From IMG/VR virus record IMGVR_UViG_3300000439_000009, positions 32,001 through 96,000 of that record: a stretch of 64,000 bases of DNA. One strand, 5' to 3'. The position numbers and the translations under genes are program-made. Origin of the DNA: a virus. Taxonomy: Duplodnaviria; Caudoviricetes. Below are positions 27,201 through 34,542 of the stretch, in pieces. The first letter of the stretch is position 1; each line of letters starts with the position of its first letter. The notes beneath the pieces are model-generated. The model saw only the letters and a program-made list of their open reading frames with translations, ran no database searches and had not been told where the DNA came from.

Positions 27201-27479
27201 GTGGTTAAATACCTGTGTATTATCATCACGCTTTTTAATATCACGCTTGTCAAAGCGATCTGTTGCTGATATATATGCTTCTAAACCAAGTATTGGCTTC
27301 ATTCCCAGCTTTTTAGCTGCAACTTGCATTTCTCTATGAGATGACAGTGTTCCGTGATCTGTAATAGCCATTGCTGTTTGTCCCGCATTTTTTGCAGCAG
27401 TCAATAACTCTTCAGGGGAACACAAGCCATCCATAAGTGAATAGTGCGAGTGCACATGTAAATGTGTGAAATTCACCAA
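24207..27479 (-). CDS. dnaE: DNA polymerase III alpha subunit
   Basis: HLHVHSHYSLMDG PHP domain, GRGSAAGSL, PDIDTD, HAAGVV, KFDVLGL, YSFNRSH. Confidence 0.97.
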   Translation of the reverse strand: MVNFTHLHVHSHYSLMDGLCSPEELLTAAKNAGQTAMAITDHGTLSSHREMQVAAKKLGMKPILGLEAYISATDRFDKRDIKKRDDNTQVFNHIILLAKNTEGLKNLQKLSEIAWTEGYYRKPRIDLEVLDEYGNGLIVLSGCMNGLIAKAIQRNDMDKAFEYARWFKNRFGDDFYLEMQSHNDKEINDGQILISKDLGIKMVATGDCHYATKDQKALEEVLLILSTKPNLAEGVNYESGKKIKDVFERLNHLYPDRPISFQDINVYIQSFKEISSDFGDGWDQSIYSNTQEIANKVEEYEFHQNLQLLPNPKKDAHKQLIQMCNDTLKEKGLENDQYKERLEEELQVIKDKEFSSYFLVVGDMVRWAKENEIMVGPGRGSAAGSLVCYLLGITEVDPIKYDLLFFRFINPERNDFPDIDTDFMDRRRGEVKEFLRKKFKNVASISTYQYFKDKGVVRDAGRVFDVPLGEINKALKGVETFEEFESNKNVDWFKQKYPEVLKFASELRGRIRSVGIHAAGVVVAKEPISKYAPIESRSDKDEDVSGRVPVVAYDMDQAADIGLIKFDVLGLKTLSVIQDTVNMVKERHKVSIDLNALPLDDKFVFDDLTGGFTKGVFQAEATPYTNLLIKMGVDTFEDLVASNALVRPGAMNTVGAEYLARKRGEKMVTYVHPIMKPFTERTYGVIIYQEQVMQACVHLGGMSWSEADKVRKIIGKKKDAKEFDVFKDKFIEGARSYISKEDAEHLWHDFEAHAGYSFNRSHAVAYSMVSYWTAWLKHYYPTEFVFALLKNEGNKDTRTEYLIEAKRLGIKVLLPHVNESGLDFTIQGNSIRFGLSDIKFISETIGKKLINARPYKSYAHLLEVAQEKKSGINSRAIDSLNAIGAATFDDNQRTGKESENYYEYLNIPKFDTRGITAHIKSQVTPLEEFLEEGTFILCAMVKSIKKGKGWSRVELVDDTGAIGIFHSENTQIETGNMYFFLVGDNRIHRYVTIVDVVEKKDDPFINYLHTKEFEIPDNKDSYVVDFTHYQTKQKKMMAHIIYCNGQKEMFRVIAFPKAYTLALGKMKAGSFCSPVISELDDGTKFVKDIK

Positions 27480-27497
27480 TACTCCGTTTAGTTTAGA

Positions 27498-28169
27498 TTA
27501 CCACTCAACAGATGTTGACGTGGTTGATTCTTGAGACGAGTCTGATACTACGCCCATGTAAAAGTTTTCCTGATCAGCGTATGCAACTGTTCTAACAGCT
27601 GTCTTTGGCAAATCAAAAAGCTCATACTTTGAAAAATCAAGAGGCTTGACTTCTGCAGTTGGGAGTGGGATGATACTGTAATTAGTATCTGTCTTTTCTC
27701 CTGTGCGCTTTAACTTCCATACAAGGTTTGTAATGCTGCCAGTCTCTGATGCATAAGATCCAATTTCTGGTGTAGCTGATTTTGCGCCAGTTCCCTGTGA
27801 CAAAATAGCAACATAAGGATCTTCATTGCCATCTTCTACAAGGACGTTTACGTAGAAACGTGGACGTGCCTTCCATCCAGCCTTCGGATCACGGCGATGC
27901 TGCTCACAACCAAAGCACTGACCTTCGTCTTCAAATGTGCAAACTGCCTTGCGCTTGTAATCTCTTGGATTTGTATGTTCAATGCCTACAATACCTAGGC
28001 CTGCTTCTTTATTATAATTTGCTGAGTCAGGATCAATCTCCTGAAGAAAACGGATCTTTACTGATTGTCCGTCTTTAAGTTGTAGCCATCTTCCCTTTTG
28101 TGAATCTGAAGATGTGTGTGTTGGTTCCATTGCTTTGTTCATAGCTGCTAAGCCTGTAACGATTCCCAT
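27498..28169 (-). CDS. Single-stranded DNA-binding protein (gp32-like)
   Basis: LKDGQSVKIRF, H...C..C..C Zn site, KRTG..TDT.Y, acidic C-terminus. Confidence 0.75.
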   Translation of the reverse strand: MGIVTGLAAMNKAMEPTHTSSDSQKGRWLQLKDGQSVKIRFLQEIDPDSANYNKEAGLGIVGIEHTNPRDYKRKAVCTFEDEGQCFGCEQHRRDPKAGWKARPRFYVNVLVEDGNEDPYVAILSQGTGAKSATPEIGSYASETGSITNLVWKLKRTGEKTDTNYSIIPLPTAEVKPLDFSKYELFDLPKTAVRTVAYADQENFYMGVVSDSSQESTTSTSVEW

Positions 28170-28224
28170 ATATGTTCTCCTAAGTGTTTGGGGCTATAGA
28201 ATGCCCTGTAGTACTATTATACCA

Positions 28225-29178
28225 TTAATTAATATACTCAAAATGCGTTATTGCATTTTTAATACATTGTTTTATTTCTTTATCTGTGAGATCTCCCACA
28301 TCTTTTGCACCATTTGGATATATGACTCCATCATCAAATGAAGCCCAAGATATACTTTTGTTAGGAAGCTTACCCACAATTTCCATTCCAAGCTTTCTTC
28401 CCGCTTCGTCAGCATCTGTTGCTATGATGATTGACGACGAATATTTATTTAAATTATGTATGTTCTGCTTAGATATACCGCCACCCAAAGTTGCTACAAC
28501 ATTTGGATAACCAGCTTGATGTATTCGAATAGCATCAAAAGAAGATTCACAAACAATAATTGTTGGACTTACCTTCTTTGCCCTGTGAAGATTAAACATA
28601 GTTAAACTTCTTGGAAGGTTGTCGCTATTCTTAAAACGCTTTCCCTCTATTGATCTGCCGATGATTCCTACTGGCATACCTGTAGGACTATGAAGCGGAA
28701 CAGTTACCATTCCTTGTTTTTGTGAATATCCCAAATAAAAATAATCAATAGACTCATCGTTAATGCCACGACCATTAAAGTAACTCCTAGACTCTTCGTT
28801 TAAACCACTGTGCAATGCATCAAGTGTATCCTGCGGGAACTCAACAAAGTCTGGCTTTTCATCAAACAACTCTTCAAGATCTTTATCAAAAGTATCTGGA
28901 CGATTTTTTTGTAGCATGCGAAGAAATCTTGCTGCTTCAAACTGCCCCATAGATCCTTTTTGAATTATAAGATCTTCTAAGCCACCCCTCACATCACAAG
29001 AAGGATTAAAGCAGATATACGCACCTGTCTCTTTACTAATAGTAAAAGATGGCGTGTGAGTGTTATTATGAAATGGACAAAAGCAAAAGTAATTTGTTGA
29101 GGATTGATTCTGAATCTTAATGCCAATGCCTTCAAGTATTTCTTTAATTTGTCCTGGAGCATATCTTTGCATTAACAT
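28225..29178 (-). CDS. dnaG: DNA primase
   Basis: CPFH...CFNPSC Zn finger, CESSFD, DADEAG TOPRIM. Confidence 0.9.
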   Translation of the reverse strand: MLMQRYAPGQIKEILEGIGIKIQNQSSTNYFCFCPFHNNTHTPSFTISKETGAYICFNPSCDVRGGLEDLIIQKGSMGQFEAARFLRMLQKNRPDTFDKDLEELFDEKPDFVEFPQDTLDALHSGLNEESRSYFNGRGINDESIDYFYLGYSQKQGMVTVPLHSPTGMPVGIIGRSIEGKRFKNSDNLPRSLTMFNLHRAKKVSPTIIVCESSFDAIRIHQAGYPNVVATLGGGISKQNIHNLNKYSSSIIIATDADEAGRKLGMEIVGKLPNKSISWASFDDGVIYPNGAKDVGDLTDKEIKQCIKNAITHFEYIN

Positions 29179-29211
29179 CTTTACATTATATCAAAAATGT
29201 ATATTACCTGT

Positions 29212-29559
29212 CTATACTACTGCAAAGTAGGGAGGGATGTTTACTGTAAATGAAGGAGGTGGACTAATAACTTGCTTGGTATGTCTTTTATAAAATTGTT
29301 GCCCAGAAAAACCTTCTATTTCTTGCGCTTTCTTTTTACCAACATAGACACCAAACATTTCTAAATTAAAACTATACGTGTCTTTATTTTCATTATATTT
29401 AATTGAGAACTGTGGCTCTAAATCAAGAACTGGAACATAGCCTCTATCACGCATATCTTGTAATAATATTCTTTCATACATTAAACGTGAATTGCCAATT
29501 GACGAGTCATCTTTGATAACCCCGCCAATTAGAAATGCTCTGATAGTTCTCTTTAACAT
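29212..29559 (-). CDS. Hypothetical protein
   Basis: ORF between helicase and primase. Confidence 0.65.
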   Translation of the reverse strand: MLKRTIRAFLIGGVIKDDSSIGNSRLMYERILLQDMRDRGYVPVLDLEPQFSIKYNENKDTYSFNLEMFGVYVGKKKAQEIEGFSGQQFYKRHTKQVISPPPSFTVNIPPYFAVV

Positions 29560-29561
29560 AT

Positions 29562-29602
29562 TAGCCTTACTGTCTATCTAATTATACTAGACAGTAAGGC
29601 TA
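29562..29602. repeat. Perfect 15-bp inverted repeat enclosing a -10 box
   Basis: TAGCCTTACTGTCTA-11 nt (TATAAT on minus)-TAGACAGTAAGGCTA. Confidence 0.85.
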
Positions 29603-29612
29603 TTACATAGAC

Positions 29613-30845
29613 TTAAAGCTGAGGAATGTCCATTTCATAAATTTCTTGGACTATACCACGATTAAGATCCCAATCTAGATAAAATGCAAAATCAGTACCA
29701 TGACGATTTTTTCTACTTACAATTTCCATGATATTTGTATCTGGTCGTTTGTGGATTGCCATCGCCATATCCGCATCGTATTCAATAGCCTTGGACCATG
29801 CAACTTGTGAAAGCAATGGTGGAGATTCTTGATCCGATACATCATCCATAGTAGCAGCAGTAATATCAATAATTGGAATAGCGTTTCGGACAGCAAGCAA
29901 TTTAAAGTCACGAGAAATATTTCTATTTCTTTCTACTTCTGATTTGGCTCCAGATGAATCATTAAATAACTGATGATAATCAAGGATAACTAGATCAGGC
30001 TTATACTGATCAATTTTAGCCTGTACTGTATTTGGAGTTACTTGACCAGCACCCTCATTTGATATAAGAATAAATCCTTGCTTATCTGTAAACTTGTCTG
30101 ATGCCCATGTGTGAAAATCATCTGTATTTACCATACCCTTTTGAAAGTCTGAAGCCTTAAACAATCCCGACCCCATCATAGTATAAATACGATCTCTCAT
30201 ATTTTCTGGAGACATTTCAAGGGATATAATCATAGGCTTAAAACCCTGTTCCCAAGCCTTACAAGCCAAATAAGAAGACATCCAAGTTTTACCCCTACCC
30301 GCCCATCCAATCATGACTATAAGGTGCCCTGGAGCCATTCCAGTGGGGTAAGCAAGGTCAATGGCTTTAAACCCCGTCTTAATTCCTGGGCTACCGCCCA
30401 TGGCAAGAGATCTTTCACGAACAGACTCAAAATGCTTTTCTGCAGTTTCAAAATCTGTAAGGTCAACATCTCGAACATTGCCCGTCATTCTTGTAAGGTT
30501 AGATATTTCAGTCTGCATCTCCATAAGGACTCTCGTTGCAGAATCTGTTTTTAAACGGGATCCGTTTTTTAAAAGAAGATCTTTAATTCTACTTGTAAGA
30601 AATTCATTCTTAAGATTATCTAAATAATATCCAGTCTCACCTTTGACTACTTCTGGCTCAAAATCTTTAAACTTTTCTTGAAGTACACTTACATCTGGAA
30701 CCGCTCTAAATTTAAGATAATAAGATTTAAGACCTTCCCATACATCACGGTGAGAAAGAAAAATATCATCAACATTATCTGCTAAAATAGTTGCTATATC
30801 TTTATTCTTACATACAGCTGATAGTACCGCTGCTTCACTATTCAT
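29613..30845 (-). CDS. dnaB: DnaB-like replicative helicase
   Basis: GWAGRGKT, SLEM, ILDYHQL, IEYDAD, KNRHG. Confidence 0.93.
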   Translation of the reverse strand: MNSEAAVLSAVCKNKDIATILADNVDDIFLSHRDVWEGLKSYYLKFRAVPDVSVLQEKFKDFEPEVVKGETGYYLDNLKNEFLTSRIKDLLLKNGSRLKTDSATRVLMEMQTEISNLTRMTGNVRDVDLTDFETAEKHFESVRERSLAMGGSPGIKTGFKAIDLAYPTGMAPGHLIVMIGWAGRGKTWMSSYLACKAWEQGFKPMIISLEMSPENMRDRIYTMMGSGLFKASDFQKGMVNTDDFHTWASDKFTDKQGFILISNEGAGQVTPNTVQAKIDQYKPDLVILDYHQLFNDSSGAKSEVERNRNISRDFKLLAVRNAIPIIDITAATMDDVSDQESPPLLSQVAWSKAIEYDADMAMAIHKRPDTNIMEIVSRKNRHGTDFAFYLDWDLNRGIVQEIYEMDIPQL

Positions 30846-31167
30846 TAGATTCCGTCTCTACTAAAATTCTTGTCTGCTCCATAAGCATTCTTCTACGCTC
30901 TTTATCTGCTTCAGATTTTACCATAACGTCATCTATTCTGTCAAAGTTGTATAGGAACCAGTTTAAAGGATGGCCTGGCTTGTTACATTTAAAATAATAT
31001 TCTATCAATTGCTTAGCACGATCAAATCCAACAGTATCAATAACATCCTGCATGGCCCACTTCTCTCTATACCGATTTACAACTGGTTGTCTAGAGTAAT
31101 GTGTTTTGTACAGGGCAATGTACAGAGATACGAGTGCGTATGCCTGCTGAGCATCTTGCTTTGCCAT
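30838..31167 (-). CDS. Hypothetical protein (possible helicase loader/initiator)
   Basis: Coupled upstream of dnaB. Confidence 0.55.
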   Translation of the reverse strand: MAKQDAQQAYALVSLYIALYKTHYSRQPVVNRYREKWAMQDVIDTVGFDRAKQLIEYYFKCNKPGHPLNWFLYNFDRIDDVMVKSEADKERRRMLMEQTRILVETESNE

Positions 31168-31382
31168 TATTTCTTACCTTTAATCTCAGATTCTATTTGA
31201 TTAACTTTTTCAATTAGTTGATTTTCAACAAACTTATAAACACGATCTGTTGCAGTGGTGGTGTTTTCACCTTCTCGAACCCAGTCTTCAATACCTAGAC
31301 CGACCTTAACGCTTTCAAAGTTTCCAAGATTGCGTGTAAAGTGTAGTTCTACTTTAATCTTCGTCTGATCCATCTTGTTCAT
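31167..31382 (-). CDS. Hypothetical protein
   Basis: TRNLGNFESVKV motif. Confidence 0.65.
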   Translation of the reverse strand: MNKMDQTKIKVELHFTRNLGNFESVKVGLGIEDWVREGENTTTATDRVYKFVENQLIEKVNQIESEIKGKK

Positions 31383-31596
31383 CTTCCTTCTTTAAAGGTG
31401 GGAAGCCAAAGCCAGTCTTAAACTTCTTAGTATTCTTATCTGCTAAGTGCTGGTATAGCAACATCATTCTGTCTGATATTGCAATTATAGCATCCAGCTC
31501 TTCCTTTTGTAAAGCCAATTCCATAGCATGCTCTAATACAGTTAAAGACATATCTAATGCATGCTTAGCTTCTTTACTTAATTTATTATCTACCAT
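31354..31596 (-). CDS. Hypothetical protein (start MVDNKLS)
   Basis: ATG overlaps the duplicated TGGTAG. Confidence 0.6.
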   Translation of the reverse strand: MVDNKLSKEAKHALDMSLTVLEHAMELALQKEELDAIIAISDRMMLLYQHLADKNTKKFKTGFGFPPLKKEDEQDGSDED

Positions 31597-31790
31597 TCTG
31601 GTTGTTTCCAAACTGGGATAAACTCCCCATCGTTGTCTTTAACATATATTGTACAGCCAATTCCATTGTAAATTCCAACACTTTAAATGCTTGATGTAAC
31701 ACATGGGTTGCTTCTTTATTTGATTTCTTATCTACCATTCAGGTTGCTTCCAAACTGGGACAAATGCCCCATCGTTGTCCTTTACGTATA
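31507..31790. repeat. Diverged tandem duplication, period 142 bp
   Basis: 31507-31648 resembles 31649-31790. Confidence 0.85.
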
Positions 31791-32247
31791 AGACGGTCTC
31801 ATTACGCAGTAGGGCTTCTAATTCTACCTTACTTGGAATATTACTTGCAGTTACATTTCCGTCATTTCTAGGTCTACCTATATGAACGGTTTTAAAAAAT
31901 TCTCTAATGTTTCTTATATCTTCATCTGTAAAATAATATCTGCTCAATTTAGTTTTATCATCTAATGCATGAGCTTGCTGTGGCTTGGGAATGTCCCCAG
32001 ATCTTAAATGTCTTTTAATTGTATCAACGTGCCTATTAATTATTTTTCCTACTTCAGAAATGGAATAAGCGTGTTTTTTATTTTTCTGCACATCTGTGTA
32101 GTTATAAGCCACACGCTTACTCTTAACAAAGTCCCATGCAATCACTGTGTCTTCAGTACGATTTATCTGAAGTGCTTTATGAAGTGAATCATTTAGGTAG
32201 AAATACAATAATCGGCGTTGAGCCTTTTTTCTTGTTTGCTTAACCAT
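31732..32247 (-). CDS. HTH DNA-binding protein (MerR/excisionase-like)
   Basis: YSISEVGKIINRHVDTIKR..RSGDIP.P, RYYFT..DI. Confidence 0.7.
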   Translation of the reverse strand: MVKQTRKKAQRRLLYFYLNDSLHKALQINRTEDTVIAWDFVKSKRVAYNYTDVQKNKKHAYSISEVGKIINRHVDTIKRHLRSGDIPKPQQAHALDDKTKLSRYYFTDEDIRNIREFFKTVHIGRPRNDGNVTASNIPSKVELEALLRNETVLYVKDNDGAFVPVWKQPEW

Positions 32248-32378
32248 TTACCGAACGCATTTCCATCTTTCTTGACAAACCATCTTTTTCCGCACATAAA
32301 ACAAAATAACTCTACTCTAAGGTGCTGGGAAAACACACGATCTATAAAAACTCTGCCTTGACATTTCTTGCACCACAT
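32193..32378 (-). CDS. Zn-ribbon protein
   Basis: CKKCQG...CFMCG. Confidence 0.65.
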   Translation of the reverse strand: MWCKKCQGRVFIDRVFSQHLRVELFCFMCGKRWFVKKDGNAFGKWLSKQEKRLNADYCIST

Positions 32379-32396
32379 ATTAAGTTTTGCTTCTAA

Positions 32397-32660
32397 TTAC
32401 TTAGCAGCTTTCAACTTATCTGTGACTGCATCTGTAGCCTGCTGGGCAACGATACCAAATGCTGGATCCTTCTTGTTAACAAAACGCAAGATTACTGGAA
32501 CCAGTGAACCCCAAAGAGCGTTTGCTACAAGTGCGATCTGAGCACCCTTAAAATTAACAATCGAAACATGGCTTGTGCTTGAAACGATTGTTGCTGCTGC
32601 GATAACCTGACCTAGCAAGTTACGAGCATACGATGCGACTAATGCTTGATTAATCTTCAT
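32397..32660 (-). CDS. Holin-like membrane protein
   Basis: SYAR, two TM segments, PVILR..N.KDPAFG; GGAGG RBS. Confidence 0.6.
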   Translation of the reverse strand: MKINQALVASYARNLLGQVIAAATIVSSTSHVSIVNFKGAQIALVANALWGSLVPVILRFVNKKDPAFGIVAQQATDAVTDKLKAAK

Positions 32661-32673
32661 TTTTATGCCTCCT

Positions 32674-33477
32674 TTAGACACTAAATAATTTCCCGTCAAC
32701 ATAACATGTATAGTCTGGGGAAATTTCCACTATCTGTACGTGAGGATGAATACCATTCTCAATGTGTGCGATAGCGAAACCTTTTTGCCAGTCATGGTGT
32801 TGAGTGTACTTCATTCCTGAAGACTTCTCGTCACACATATGACCGATCTCATAGCCACGTAAACTTCTTCCACCTGTTGCTATCGGCAACTCATAAGTTG
32901 CAAAGTGTGAAGCAATTCTGTGGGAATGGCCTCTAATTAAAGATACCTGTAAATCAAGTACATCTTTTCTTACAGCACCCGAATCTGCAATTGATAAACC
33001 ATGATGTACATGGATGTCACCAAAGCGATGTCTTGGCAATTCATTGTAATATATATAATCATACCCCAAAGAATCTAAAGACCATAATGATTCTGGTGTA
33101 ATATCTGCCAAATATTCTGGCATCTTTTTATCTAAATAATCAAAGATTCTAATATCGTGATTTCCCAATGCTGAAAAAAGCTGGGCATTTGGAAGCATCT
33201 CTCTAGTCTTTGCATAAAAATCTCTAGCACCTTTTGCTTCATGACGCATCATAGGGACAATTAAATCCTTGCTATCATTTTTGTGAAGCTGTAAAAATTC
33301 TGCTGATCTACCTTCTGTATATTTACTATAACAAGCTTGATCATCGGTATCCCCCAAATAATCAACTACGTCTGGTTTAAACCACTTCATGACTTTAAAC
33401 CAAAGCTCAATAGCTTTATCGTCTTGATATGGGAATTGCTGATCGGATGATAACATCCATTTTAAATCGTTAGCCAA
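32674..33477 (-). CDS. Calcineurin-like metallophosphoesterase
   Basis: SD, GD..D, GNHD, HHG, GHSH. Confidence 0.88.
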   Translation of the reverse strand: MANDLKWMLSSDQQFPYQDDKAIELWFKVMKWFKPDVVDYLGDTDDQACYSKYTEGRSAEFLQLHKNDSKDLIVPMMRHEAKGARDFYAKTREMLPNAQLFSALGNHDIRIFDYLDKKMPEYLADITPESLWSLDSLGYDYIYYNELPRHRFGDIHVHHGLSIADSGAVRKDVLDLQVSLIRGHSHRIASHFATYELPIATGGRSLRGYEIGHMCDEKSSGMKYTQHHDWQKGFAIAHIENGIHPHVQIVEISPDYTCYVDGKLFSV

Positions 33478-33531
33478 TTAATAACCTTTCAAGTTAAAGA
33501 CTAATATACAGTGCTTTATTTTATGAAGCAA

Positions 33532-33708
33532 TTATTGCGCAGTAATGTTTTTTAAACTATCGCTATAGTTCTGAATGGCGTTTTCTTTTTCTTGATCCAT
33601 TAACATTGTAAGTTCTGCTCTTAACATGGCAATTTGAACTTCATAATTAGATGTTAATTCGCCTATACGTTGTTGTAGGGCGGTAATAATTAATTCCGCT
33701 TTTTCCAT
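33532..33708 (-). CDS. Small coiled-coil protein (58 aa, not in ORF track)
   Basis: MEKAELIITALQQRIGELTSNYEVQIAMLRAEL. Confidence 0.7.
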   Translation of the reverse strand: MEKAELIITALQQRIGELTSNYEVQIAMLRAELTMLMDQEKENAIQNYSDSLKNITAQ

Positions 33709-33723
33709 TATGTTCCGTTTCTA

Positions 33724-33957
33724 TTAGTTAGAAGGTGTGGCTGCTTGGAGTGTTGCTAGTTCTGCCTCTAATGCTGTTTTCTTGGCAGATAAATCATTAA
33801 GCTGTAAGTTTAAAGCATCAATTGCTGATTGGTCTGGCATAGCAACTGCTTGATTTTCTTTAATGCTTAATCCAATGTTGTACTGACTGTAAATCAAATT
33901 TCTTAGATGTTGATCTACTACTTGAATTTTTTCTGCATTTGTAAGTTCTATTGTCAT
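33724..33957 (-). CDS. Small coiled-coil protein
   Basis: GGAGG RBS and TGATATAAT upstream. Confidence 0.7.
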   Translation of the reverse strand: MTIELTNAEKIQVVDQHLRNLIYSQYNIGLSIKENQAVAMPDQSAIDALNLQLNDLSAKKTALEAELATLQAATPSN

Positions 33958-33994
33958 ATTTTCCTCCTTCCTTATTATATCATAATTTAATTAT

Positions 33995-34252
33995 TTACCA
34001 TTTGCCAATTGGGCAGGATGCATGTTTTATTTTAGATTTTACGGGCATAAAACAACCACATTTTTTGCATTGATTTGTTATATTCATTAGCTCTGGGCAA
34101 GTTTTACATATATCATATCTTAAATCAGACTCTTCTTTAGATAGCCATTCTGTACTAGGATTTAATACATCCCAAGGTTTTGCTGTTTTAGGCTTATCCA
34201 AAGATCCCGTTTTTTTATATATATCCCAAGGAGTTAATTCTTCTTCAGTCAT
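33995..34252 (-). CDS. Cys-rich metal-binding protein
   Basis: RYDICKTC...QCKKCGCFM..K......CPIGKW. Confidence 0.7.
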   Translation of the reverse strand: MTEEELTPWDIYKKTGSLDKPKTAKPWDVLNPSTEWLSKEESDLRYDICKTCPELMNITNQCKKCGCFMPVKSKIKHASCPIGKW

Positions 34253-34520
34253 TATCTGGTATCTCTACTACTTCAAATGTCGGATTACTTCTAAAGGCTG
34301 CAACAAAAGGTAAAGACTCTTCTCCAAGTAAAATTTCTGCTTTAACATCACTATCTACTATAAAATTAAACAAATATCCATTTGAAGATTCTAGTTCTGT
34401 GACTGTGGGATTTAATGAACAAGCTTGTTTAAATTTTTGCCAATAATCTGTAGCATTTTCCATTATTGTAAATGTCCCAACTGGATCTTCTTTAACATAA
34501 ACTTTTACCATAGTTTTCAT
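34245..34520 (-). CDS. Hypothetical protein downstream of the fiber gene
   Basis: Internal duplication (xNPTxxE twice). Confidence 0.6.
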   Translation of the reverse strand: MKTMVKVYVKEDPVGTFTIMENATDYWQKFKQACSLNPTVTELESSNGYLFNFIVDSDVKAEILLGEESLPFVAAFRSNPTFEVVEIPDND

Positions 34521-34542
34521 TTTAACATCTTATCATAAAACA

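Noticed and set aside
17881-30845. Inteins or introns in terL, recA, dnaE or dnaB
   Set aside because: Lengths are normal and no splicing or homing-endonuclease motifs were seen
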